Origin: an uncultured Eubacteriales bacterium
Lineage (GTDB): Bacteria > Bacillota > Clostridia > Peptostreptococcales > Anaerovoracaceae
Direction of reading: 5' to 3'
Assembly: GCA_900553025.1 (NCBI GenBank)
Contig: USBT01000002.1
Span: forward strand, 4,318 to 68,317
Length of the DNA stretch: 64,000 nucleotides
The first letter of the stretch is position 1. The number at the start of each line of letters is the position of its first letter. Both the position numbers and the translations under genes were made by a program. The notes below the pieces were generated by a model that saw only the letters and a list, made by a program, of their open reading frames with translations, searched no databases and was not told the DNA's origin. Below, piece after piece: positions 38,807-45,861 of the stretch.

Positions 38807-39916
38807 TTGAGTAATAAAAAGCAAAGCATGAAATTAGGGAATCATATAAACGACAGAATAGGTGAATTTCTTGTAGGTCATTTAGATAGTTATATTTTTG
38901 ATGAGCTTTCGGATGATTTTCTAAAGAAAAACGGGTTTTTTGAGATTCTTTCAGGAGTGCCTGTGCCTGTTCGCAAAGATGATATGGTCAATCTTTCAAT
39001 CAAGAAAATTTGCATAAATATGGCATTTGTAATAGGATGTGACGCAAATTTTAGATATAGAGATAATTATATTGAATTTATCAAATTGAATTACGGATTG
39101 GATTTTGGGATGTATCTCGTCCAAGAGGGCGTTGATGTGGCGGAAAAAAATGATTTTGATTATGCATGCATAATGTTCAGAGCTGCCTTCCTGATAAATC
39201 CAGAAAACGTGGATGCGATATATTGCTATGGCAGGGCTTGTGCCGATGCTTATCAAAAGGGCGGAAGTGAGGCATTCGTTGGTGCATTTAAGGCTGAGGC
39301 TATTGAGGCATTTGAGAAAACAACGCTCAAAAGACCAGATTTTAAGGAGGGCTTTTACTACCTAGGCTATGCCTACATGAATTTGGGACTATACATCAAG
39401 GCGAAATTAACTTTTGAAGAATTTAAAACACTCGCTGAGAAGGAACTCGCCGAGCTAAGCAATTCAGATGAGCCGGATGCTGAAACGAAAGAGGATCTCA
39501 TGTCTGTCATAAAGGAGGCTGAGGATTGGATTTCTCAGCTCGAGGAGCCTGTTAAAATCGAGGAAGGCTATAATATGGTGATGTCTGGTAGATACAGTGA
39601 GGGCATAGAAATTTTGTCGCAGTACACAGGCAGAGAGGAATACAAAACATTTTGGCCTATGTGGTACTATCTCGGTGTCGCATACAAAGAAATCGACATG
39701 CAGGATATGGCAGAGGCGGCATTCATCTCGGTGTTGAGGGTTTCTCCGTCCAACCTATATGCGATGGAGGAACTGGTGCATCTCTACAAAAGTCAGGGCA
39801 GAAGCGATATGGCTGAAAAGTATGAGAACAAAATAGCCATCGTGCAAGAAAATATTGAGAAGGACCGCTCTGATGCGAAAGAGATGAAATCTCAAGATAA
39901 AAACACCTTGAGTTAA
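38807..39916 (+). CDS. Tetratricopeptide-repeat protein
   Basis: TTG start after AAGGAG. TPR-like segments FYYLGYAYMNLGLY.KA...FE and WYYLGVAY.......AEAAF..VL.VSP. Confidence 0.8.
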   Translation: MSNKKQSMKLGNHINDRIGEFLVGHLDSYIFDELSDDFLKKNGFFEILSGVPVPVRKDDMVNLSIKKICINMAFVIGCDANFRYRDNYIEFIKLNYGLDFGMYLVQEGVDVAEKNDFDYACIMFRAAFLINPENVDAIYCYGRACADAYQKGGSEAFVGAFKAEAIEAFEKTTLKRPDFKEGFYYLGYAYMNLGLYIKAKLTFEEFKTLAEKELAELSNSDEPDAETKEDLMSVIKEAEDWISQLEEPVKIEEGYNMVMSGRYSEGIEILSQYTGREEYKTFWPMWYYLGVAYKEIDMQDMAEAAFISVLRVSPSNLYAMEELVHLYKSQGRSDMAEKYENKIAIVQENIEKDRSDAKEMKSQDKNTLS

Positions 39917-40041
39917 TATGCATGATGAATTGAACTACGGGAGGATTGTGAGTTTCACATAGGAGAGTGTTTCACCCGTGTAGACAGATGTGTCGGATGT
40001 GAATTAACTCAGTATTGAATTTCCAAAATAGAGAGGTTATA

Positions 40042-40665
40042 ATGGAAGATATTTTAAGCAAAGGAAAACTTTTTGTCATTTCAGGGCCTTCGGGTGCAGG
40101 TAAGGGGACAATAATCAAAGAGTTGTTGTCACAAATTGAAGATGTTAAGTTGTCGGTTTCTGCGACAACCCGAAACCCTAGACCTGGCGAAATAGATGGA
40201 GTGAACTACTATTTTGTTGAACTAGATAAGTTCCAGAAAATGATTGAGGCTGAAGAGTTTCTCGAATATGCGAGGGTGTATGAGAATTTTTACGGCACGC
40301 CTAAGGAGAAGGTGCTAAGACAGCTGGATGAGGGCTATGATGTGATTCTCGAAATCGATATTCAGGGAGCGATGAATGTAAAAAAAGCATTTCCTAAGGC
40401 TGTGTTTATTTTTATTTTGCCGCCTTCGATGACGGAGCTGCGCAGGAGGATTACTGGAAGGGGTTCTGAAACAAAAGAGGTAATTGATCTCAGGATGAGC
40501 AAGGCTTTGGGTGAGCTTTCTTATATGGCACAGTACGACTACTGTGTTGTGAATGGGGAAGTTCAAGAAGCGGTAAACAGAGTGAAATCTATAATAGTCG
40601 CAGAGCACTCGAAGGTTTCTTCGGATATTGAGGCAATCTTGAATAGCTTTGAGAATGAAAATTAA
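40042..40665 (+). CDS. gmk: Guanylate kinase
   Basis: ISGPSGAGKGT, SVSATTR.PRPGE.DGV.Y.F, FYGTP, LEIDIQGA and FILPPS. Start at the ATG after GAGAGG. Confidence 0.98.
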   Translation: MEDILSKGKLFVISGPSGAGKGTIIKELLSQIEDVKLSVSATTRNPRPGEIDGVNYYFVELDKFQKMIEAEEFLEYARVYENFYGTPKEKVLRQLDEGYDVILEIDIQGAMNVKKAFPKAVFIFILPPSMTELRRRITGRGSETKEVIDLRMSKALGELSYMAQYDYCVVNGEVQEAVNRVKSIIVAEHSKVSSDIEAILNSFENEN

Positions 40666-40723
40666 GCAATTTTGAATAGCTTTAACAATGAAAATTAAAC
40701 AATTATGAATAGTTATTGAAAAA
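40633..40723 (+). repeat. 33-bp tandem copies of the gmk 3' end (2 full copies plus 1 degenerate partial)
   Basis: gcaatcttgaatagctttgagaatgaaaattaa (40633-40665), gcaattttgaatagctttaacaatgaaaattaa (40666-40698), acaattatgaatagttattgaaaaa. Confidence 0.9.
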
Positions 40724-40760
40724 TCACATGATTGTTAAGAGTTTTGAGGAGGAAGATTAA

Positions 40761-40949
40761 ATGTTATATCCATCTGTAAATCAGACAAGAGATAAGGTTG
40801 ATAGCAGGTACACACTTGTGATTTTGGCTGCAAAAAGGGCTAGGGACATCGTTAATGGATATCCTGTTTTAACGCAAACTGAGAGCAATAAGCCAGTTAC
40901 ACTTGCAGCTGCGGAAATTGCCGAGGACATTATTACATACGAGAAGTAG
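40761..40949 (+). CDS. rpoZ: RNA polymerase omega subunit
   Basis: MLYPSV......DSRYTLVILAAKRARDI...KPV.LA..EI; follows gmk. Confidence 0.95.
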   Translation: MLYPSVNQTRDKVDSRYTLVILAAKRARDIVNGYPVLTQTESNKPVTLAAAEIAEDIITYEK

Positions 40950-40957
40950 GTCTTTTC

Positions 40958-41434
40958 ATGTTTAAAAAAATTAGAAAATTTAAAAATGAAATTAATCAAG
41001 CAGAAGTAAAAAAGTTGTTAACGAATTCAAGGCGTGGGATTTTAGCGATGAATGGAGATGACGGTTATCCTTATGCTATACCTTTAAATTATTTATATGA
41101 TGAAGCTGAGGAAAAAATCTTTTTTCACGGGGCTAAGGCAGGCTATAAGGTTGATTGTCTAAAATCATCGGACAAGGTTTGCTTTACGGTCATAGGGAAC
41201 GAAATGATTAGAGATGAGGAATGGGCTCCGTATATGCAGAGTGCAGTAGTATTCGGTAGATGCAAACTAATTGACGATAAGCAAACTGCCATGAAGAGGC
41301 TCAAAGACTTTGCGATGAAGTATTACCCTATGGAGGATATGGTTCTTGATGGAATTAAGGCATCCGGCGAGGCTACGCAGATGTTTGAGATAGACGTTGA
41401 GTACATGACAGGTAAGGAAGTACAGGAGAAATAG
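40958..41434 (+). CDS. Pyridoxamine 5'-phosphate oxidase-like (NimA-like) flavin-binding protein
   Basis: RGILAMNGDDGYPYAIPLNY, IFFHGAKAGYK....KVCFTV, S.VVFG and MTGK. Confidence 0.85.
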   Translation: MFKKIRKFKNEINQAEVKKLLTNSRRGILAMNGDDGYPYAIPLNYLYDEAEEKIFFHGAKAGYKVDCLKSSDKVCFTVIGNEMIRDEEWAPYMQSAVVFGRCKLIDDKQTAMKRLKDFAMKYYPMEDMVLDGIKASGEATQMFEIDVEYMTGKEVQEK

Positions 41435-41505
41435 CCCAGCAGAGCATTCTAAAAATGCAAAGATTAAAATAAGAAAATTTAATATGCATAATATAAAACG
41501 AAGCT

Positions 41506-41533
41506 AAGCACTTACAATTGTAGGTGCTTTTTT
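41506..41533 (+). terminator. Intrinsic terminator
   Basis: aagcacttac-aatt-gtaggtgctt followed by a T run. Confidence 0.8.
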
Positions 41534-41728
41534 ATCAAAATAAAGATATATTGGCAGTGTAATTATAGCTGTAATAAGAAAGAAATATCTAATTATAGAG
41601 CATTTTCAGATTTTTAGCCCAAGCCATTTCGTCGTCCCTGTTACCAGGTCTGTTGTATTCCCAGAAAAAATATATACTCTGCTTGGAAACCGTAAAAATT
41701 CTAATTGTTCTAATTTTTGAGAAACGAT

Positions 41729-41762
41729 TAGGATTGATTTATCCTAGTATTTGCTGTACAAT
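41729..41762 (+). promoter_or_regulatory. Toxin-antitoxin promoter with overlapping palindromic operator
   Basis: TTGATT (41734-41739), 17 nt, TACAAT (41757-41762). The palindrome TAGGAT-N6-ATCCTA (41729-41746) straddles the -35. Confidence 0.65.
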
Positions 41763-41779
41763 ACTCTGAAAGGGAGGTT

Positions 41780-42028
41780 ATGAATATGAATATAAATACA
41801 GATACACTTGTTTCTATTTCAGAAGCAAATCAAAATTTTTCCAAAGTGGCTCGGATCGTTGATAAATACGGTTCAGCTGTAATTTTAAAAAATAATTCTC
41901 CTCGTTATGTTATTTTGGACTTTTCGAAAACTGAAGAAGTTTGCACACCTGCTGACGATGAAGTTATGGCTTTGTCCGATATTTTTATTAAACGGAACAA
42001 GAAGGTTTATGAGGAGTTAGCCAAATGA
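41780..42028 (+). CDS. Phd/YefM-family antitoxin
   Basis: VSISEANQNFSKVARIVD..G.AVILKNN.PRYV; GGGAGG RBS; ATGA overlap with the doc-like gene. Confidence 0.88.
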   Translation: MNMNINTDTLVSISEANQNFSKVARIVDKYGSAVILKNNSPRYVILDFSKTEEVCTPADDEVMALSDIFIKRNKKVYEELAK

Positions 42029-42415
42029 AATATCTGACAAAAAATCAGATTATTAAACTTCATAAAGTTTTGATTGAGACTAGTGGAGGAGTTTTAGGTA
42101 TAAGAGATGAAGGGTTGCTTGATTCTGCAATCAAAACACCACTCCAGACTTTTGAAAATATCGAACTTTATCCATCTACCCTTGATAAAGCTATGCGACT
42201 AGCCTATGGTATTATTATATGGTATTATTAAAAACCATCCATTTATTGATGGCAACAAGAGAGTTGCTACACATGTAATGCTAATATTTCTTGAGTTAAA
42301 TGGGATAAAGTTGTCTTACAAGGATGAGGAGTTGATTGATATCATTTTGAAAGTTGCTTCAAGTCATTCTAATGAAAGTGAGCTTTATAACTGGATTGAC
42401 AAGCATCAAGTATAA
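42025..42415 (+). pseudogene. doc: Doc (death-on-curing, Fic-family) toxin, frameshifted by a 13-bp duplication
   Basis: The N-half (LH..LIE.SGG..GIRDEGLLDSA..P) and the C-half (KNHPFIDGNKR) lie in different frames. tatggtattatta is duplicated at 42205-42217 and 42218-42230. Removing one copy gives a 125-aa ORF. Confidence 0.9.
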
Positions 42416-42467
42416 TATGCCCGTATATTACAAACACGTTTTTTTTGAAAAATTATTACAGAGAAAT

Positions 42468-42511
42468 AAAATAGCTGTGCAGCACTGAAATTAAGTGTGC
42501 ACAGCTATTTT
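42468..42511. terminator. Bidirectional terminator between doc and asp23
   Basis: aaaatagctgtgca...tgcacagctatttt, perfect 14-bp arms with A/T tails on both sides. Confidence 0.8.
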
Positions 42512-42564
42512 GCTAGATAAATTTATTGAGAGTTTAAACTCTAAGATTCTCTTAATTCATATAA

Positions 42565-43035
42565 TTATTGGTCTTTAGACTGCATCTGTCTGTATTCTTT
42601 TTCAGTCATAATGTCGCTAACCTTCATATTGACAGAAGTAACATTAAGACCAGTCATTTCGCGAACCTTTTCTCTGATAGTATCTTTTACCTTTGTGAAG
42701 ATTCTAGGAGCACTCTGTCCGTATTCAAGTATTGCTTTTAAATCAACAACTACGTTGTTTTCGTCAACTTCAACGCTAACGCCCTGAGTGTTGGTATCTG
42801 TGCTTGAAGCAAATGCTTCGGTGATACCTGAAAAGAATCCACCCTTAAGCTCAAGAACTCCGGGGATATCTCTTGCAGCAAGTGCTGCAATTTTCTCAAT
42901 TACATAGTCATCAAATTTAAGAGTATCTGTTCTCTTTTCAATTTCTTTTTCTTCTTTTTTCTCCTCAATCTTGTCCTGAATTGAATCAGTTGCCTTTTCT
43001 ATAACGTTTTTGTCTTTTTCGTTTGTGTTAGCCAT
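42565..43035 (-). CDS. Asp23/Gls24 family envelope stress protein
   Basis: LKFDDYVIEKIAALAARDIPGVLELKGGFF, GVSVEV, VDL...EYG and MTGLNV..VN.KV.D. Confidence 0.92.
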   Translation of the reverse strand: MANTNEKDKNVIEKATDSIQDKIEEKKEEKEIEKRTDTLKFDDYVIEKIAALAARDIPGVLELKGGFFSGITEAFASSTDTNTQGVSVEVDENNVVVDLKAILEYGQSAPRIFTKVKDTIREKVREMTGLNVTSVNMKVSDIMTEKEYRQMQSKDQ

Positions 43036-43177
43036 AATATTCCTCCATTTTGATAGGCCATAGGCCCTTTAAATAACATCTATCTAAAATTTATAATTAA
43101 AAATTTTATATCTTAAACGACTATATTTCTAAAAGATAAAACTGCATTAGTTAAAACATGATTATATGAGCGATCAT

Positions 43178-43519
43178 TTATTTGAGTAATCTTTTTAGCA
43201 AATGGTAAACCCAAAGCTCCTTATCTTTGTATTGACCATACATAAAACCAACTCCAGTGAGCAGGATTATCAAAATAGTTTCCCAGAATCCTAAGATAAT
43301 AAAGCATAGTGCTATAATCAGTCCGATTAACGTGAGAACCACAGTATTTGGATGATCCTTATACATCCTCATGAATAGACAATCCTTTTTTTCAGTAGCT
43401 TTATCACATTGGTCGCTATTGTTTGGCTTGCTTGAACTACTCGAACTTTGCTTTTGTTTCCCTGCAGCAGAGGCGGTAGTATTCTGTTTTGTGTTCTTCT
43501 TTGTTTCCTGATTTGCCAT
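43178..43519 (-). CDS. DUF2273 small membrane protein with a low-complexity N-terminal extension
   Basis: IGLIIALCFIILGFWETILIILLTGVG..YG...D; canonical position between amaP and asp23. Confidence 0.75.
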   Translation of the reverse strand: MANQETKKNTKQNTTASAAGKQKQSSSSSSKPNNSDQCDKATEKKDCLFMRMYKDHPNTVVLTLIGLIIALCFIILGFWETILIILLTGVGFMYGQYKDKELWVYHLLKRLLK

Positions 43520-43530
43520 TCCGACCTCCT

Positions 43531-44130
43531 TTACTCAATTGACATTGAATTTGAACCATCGTTTGAAGTATCATCTGAAGTTCGATCATCTCGTTCGTCT
43601 AGAGTGATATGAACATCAGCAATATCTTTTCCAATAAAGTTATTGATGTCCATCCTGAGTTTTTCTTTAATTTCTAAAGAAAGACTTGAAAGATCATGTA
43701 CTCCATAAACGCCAGCTCTTGCATTTGCGATAATTTTTTTGTTGTTTCCGTCGAGTATTTTGCAGCTGACATCTGGGTCCTTAAGCGATGGAAATTGTCT
43801 CAAAGATCTAAGAGCATATGCCTCGATGGCATCGTCTGTTAAAACAACCTTACCGTCCTGGTCAACGAGGGTTAAGCTACTTCTTGATGATGCCCTCAAA
43901 AGAGTTGATATCAACAAAATAACTGCTCCAAGTACCACAAGCCCGCTCATAATTGCAATAATGTATGTGCCGTAATCCGTAGCGGAAAACGCCAGAAAAC
44001 TTGTTTGGGCTTTTCCTAAGTTCAATCCTAACAATGGCGAATATCCTTCAAGAGCAATAAATGTAAACACACTCATTATTATTGCCAATATTGCGAAAAT
44101 AATTCTTATTGATTTAATAAATTTTGACAA
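43531..44130 (-). CDS. amaP: Alkaline shock response membrane anchor AmaP-like protein
   Basis: TTG start after AGGAGG; two N-terminal TM helices then GKVVLTDDAIE; heads the amaP-DUF2273-asp23 arrangement. Confidence 0.7.
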   Translation of the reverse strand: MSKFIKSIRIIFAILAIIMSVFTFIALEGYSPLLGLNLGKAQTSFLAFSATDYGTYIIAIMSGLVVLGAVILLISTLLRASSRSSLTLVDQDGKVVLTDDAIEAYALRSLRQFPSLKDPDVSCKILDGNNKKIIANARAGVYGVHDLSSLSLEIKEKLRMDINNFIGKDIADVHITLDERDDRTSDDTSNDGSNSMSIE

Positions 44131-44202
44131 GGACTACACCTCCTAAACTTCTTTACTTTAAGTCAATTTTTAATAAGAATCAAAGCGATTGATAATTATA
44201 TT

Positions 44203-44227
44203 ATGCCCGGTAAAGCCAGAATTAAAC
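44203..44227 (-). promoter_or_regulatory. SigB-like promoter for the amaP-asp23 operon
   Basis: Minus strand GTTTAA-N13-GGGCAT, compared with the SigB consensus GTTTWW-N12-15-GGGWAW. Confidence 0.5.
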
Positions 44228-44264
44228 ATTTTTGGGAAATAAATATTTTGGACGAAAGTCGCCC

Positions 44265-44293
44265 TTGACATCAACGCAATTATCAAGTAAAAT
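44265..44293 (+). promoter_or_regulatory. Sigma-A promoter of the infC operon
   Basis: TTGACA-17 nt-TAAAAT. Confidence 0.85.
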
Positions 44294-44299
44294 ACATAG

Positions 44300-44506
44300 C
44301 GTATGAAGAAGAAGATATCCACCTTCTCACCGCTAGGGGCATTTTATCTGCGGATAGTCCGACAGATTATTTTGTTACTGAAGCAGGTTCATAAGAATTA
44401 GTTTACAAGGCAAAGTGCATAACATCTATGTAATGCTAGTTATGCAGTTTGTGCAAAACTTATGAAACGATGAGAATGGACGGATACTTCAGTGTCTGTC
44501 TTTTTT
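44300..44506 (+). ncRNA. Ribosomal protein L20 leader (attenuator)
   Basis: 5' AGAAG..atcc.CCTTCTCACC motif. TTCTCA can pair with TGAGAA (44471-44476). Terminator gacggatac-ttca-gtgtctgtc-TTTTTT just before the infC RBS. Confidence 0.8.
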
Positions 44507-44526
44507 ATATATAGGAGGTAATAAAA

Positions 44527-45045
44527 ATTAGCAAAAATAAAACCAAAATCAACGAAGAGATTCGTGAAAATGAGCTGAGAGTAATTGACGAAACCGGCAC
44601 AATGATTGGTGTTATTTCAAGAAGTGAGGCTCTATCTCTTGCAGATGATAGAGGACTTGATTTGGTAAATGTTTCGCCAAACGCGAATCCACCTGTTTGC
44701 AAGCTGCTCGACTACGGTAAGTACAGATATGAACAGCAGAAGAGAGAAAAAGAAGCTAAGAAGAAACAGGTTAGCATTCAGGTTAAAGAGATAAGGCTAA
44801 GTGTTTCGATAGAGGAACATGATTTGAATGTAAAAGCTAAGACGGCAACTAAATTTCTTAAGGGTGGGAATAAGGTCAAGGTTAGTTTAAGGTTCAGAGG
44901 TCGTGAGAGAAATCATGTACCGCAAGCCCAAGAGGTAATGAGAAATTTTGCAGAAATTATTTCCGAATATGGTGAGATTGAAAAAAATCCTAAAATGGAA
45001 GGTAGAAGTCTTATCATGTTCATTTCACCTAAGACTGATAAGTAA
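44527..45045 (+). CDS. infC: Translation initiation factor IF-3 (ATT start codon)
   Basis: AGGAGG (44513-44518) then in-frame ATT 44527, giving ISKNKTKINEEIR...; LDLV.VSPNANPPVCKLLDYGKYRYE and KVKVSLRFRGRE. Confidence 0.96.
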   Translation: MSKNKTKINEEIRENELRVIDETGTMIGVISRSEALSLADDRGLDLVNVSPNANPPVCKLLDYGKYRYEQQKREKEAKKKQVSIQVKEIRLSVSIEEHDLNVKAKTATKFLKGGNKVKVSLRFRGRERNHVPQAQEVMRNFAEIISEYGEIEKNPKMEGRSLIMFISPKTDK

Positions 45046-45240
45046 GAGTATAATTTGGTTAGGCTCTGAAAATTAGAATTTTTGGACCTCAAGGACTTGA
45101 TGAAAAATCGGAATTTGAGGACCTGGCAAACAGATGAAAGACGGATAAATTCAGAGAAACCGAAGCAGCAATTGAAACGCAATAGCCAATCGAAGGCGGG
45201 TGTTTTGTGCCATGCTGCAAGGATATGAGGAGGAATAAAA

Positions 45241-45441
45241 ATGGCAAAGAATAAGATGAAATCCCACAGAGGGGCAAAGAAAAGACTTAAGTTAACAGGT
45301 AGCGGAAAAATTAAGAGATTTAAGGCATTTAAGAGCCACATCCTTACCAAGAAGGCTGCTAAGAGAAAAAGAGGTCTGAGGAAGTCAACGATAGTTACAT
45401 CTGCAGATCACAAGAGAATGCTAAGGGCAATGGGTAAATAG
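45241..45441 (+). CDS. rpmI: 50S ribosomal protein L35
   Basis: [36 protein letters not shown]. Confidence 0.97.
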   Translation: MAKNKMKSHRGAKKRLKLTGSGKIKRFKAFKSHILTKKAAKRKRGLRKSTIVTSADHKRMLRAMGK

Positions 45442-45451
45442 GAGGTAAGAA

Positions 45452-45808
45452 ATGGCTAGAGTTAAAGGTGCTGTAAACGCAAAGAAAAAACATAAGAAAA
45501 TTTTAAAACAGGCTAAGGGCTTTTATGGGGCAAAGAGCAGAACTTTTAGGGCTGCAAACCCTGCTGTTATGAGGTCGCTACGTTCGGCTTATATAGGAAG
45601 AAAACAAAAGAAGAGACAGTATAGACAGATGTGGATTGCAAGAATCAATGCCGCTGCAAGGATGAACGATATTTCTTACAGCAAATTGATGAACGGACTT
45701 AGAAAAGCTAATATTGATATTAACAGAAAAATGCTTTCTGAGCTTGCAATTCATGATGCAAAGGCGTTCACTACGCTCTGCGAAACTGCAAAATCTGCGC
45801 TTAAATAG
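45452..45808 (+). CDS. rplT: 50S ribosomal protein L20
   Basis: [29 protein letters not shown] and [10 protein letters not shown]. Confidence 0.98.
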   Translation: MARVKGAVNAKKKHKKILKQAKGFYGAKSRTFRAANPAVMRSLRSAYIGRKQKKRQYRQMWIARINAAARMNDISYSKLMNGLRKANIDINRKMLSELAIHDAKAFTTLCETAKSALK

Positions 45809-45816
45809 AATTTTAT

Positions 45817-45848
45817 GGGGAGGGGCAATTTGTCGCTCCCTATTTTTT
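45817..45848 (+). terminator. Probable terminator after rplT
   Basis: gggag.ggca...tgtc.ctccc hairpin followed by tatttttt. Confidence 0.55.
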
Positions 45849-45861
45849 GAGGATTTTTGAT

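Noticed and set aside
40633..40723. 33-bp repeats (and the 36-bp addA repeat) as a CRISPR array
   Set aside because: The units are directly adjacent with no spacers, lie in or copy coding sequence, and there are no cas genes.
41589..41738. Minus-strand 49-codon open stretch (...YFFWEYNRPGNRDDEMAWAKNLKMLYN*) as a gene remnant
   Set aside because: No start codon or RBS near its 5' end and no family I recognise. It could be chance; a tBLASTn/BLASTX hit would be needed.
42025..42415. Two separate small genes, or programmed frameshifting, in doc
   Set aside because: The exact 13-bp duplication fully explains the split, and there is no slippery heptamer or stimulatory structure.
40958..42415. Islet as an intact mobile element
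   Set aside because: No integrase, transposase, terminal inverted repeats or convincing flanking direct repeats. At most it is an accessory remnant.
42411..42440. Second GGGCATA motif on the minus strand as an antisense SigB promoter into doc
   Set aside because: The GTTT element is too close to the -10, so the spacing is incompatible.
44527..44529. Non-canonical ATT start of infC as a novelty
   Set aside because: This is a well-known autoregulatory feature of infC; it is recorded as a feature only.
45165..45218. Cloverleaf-like fold as a tRNA
   Set aside because: Only about 54 nt, with stems of 3-6 bp, no TTCRA T-loop, no D-loop GG and no CCA.
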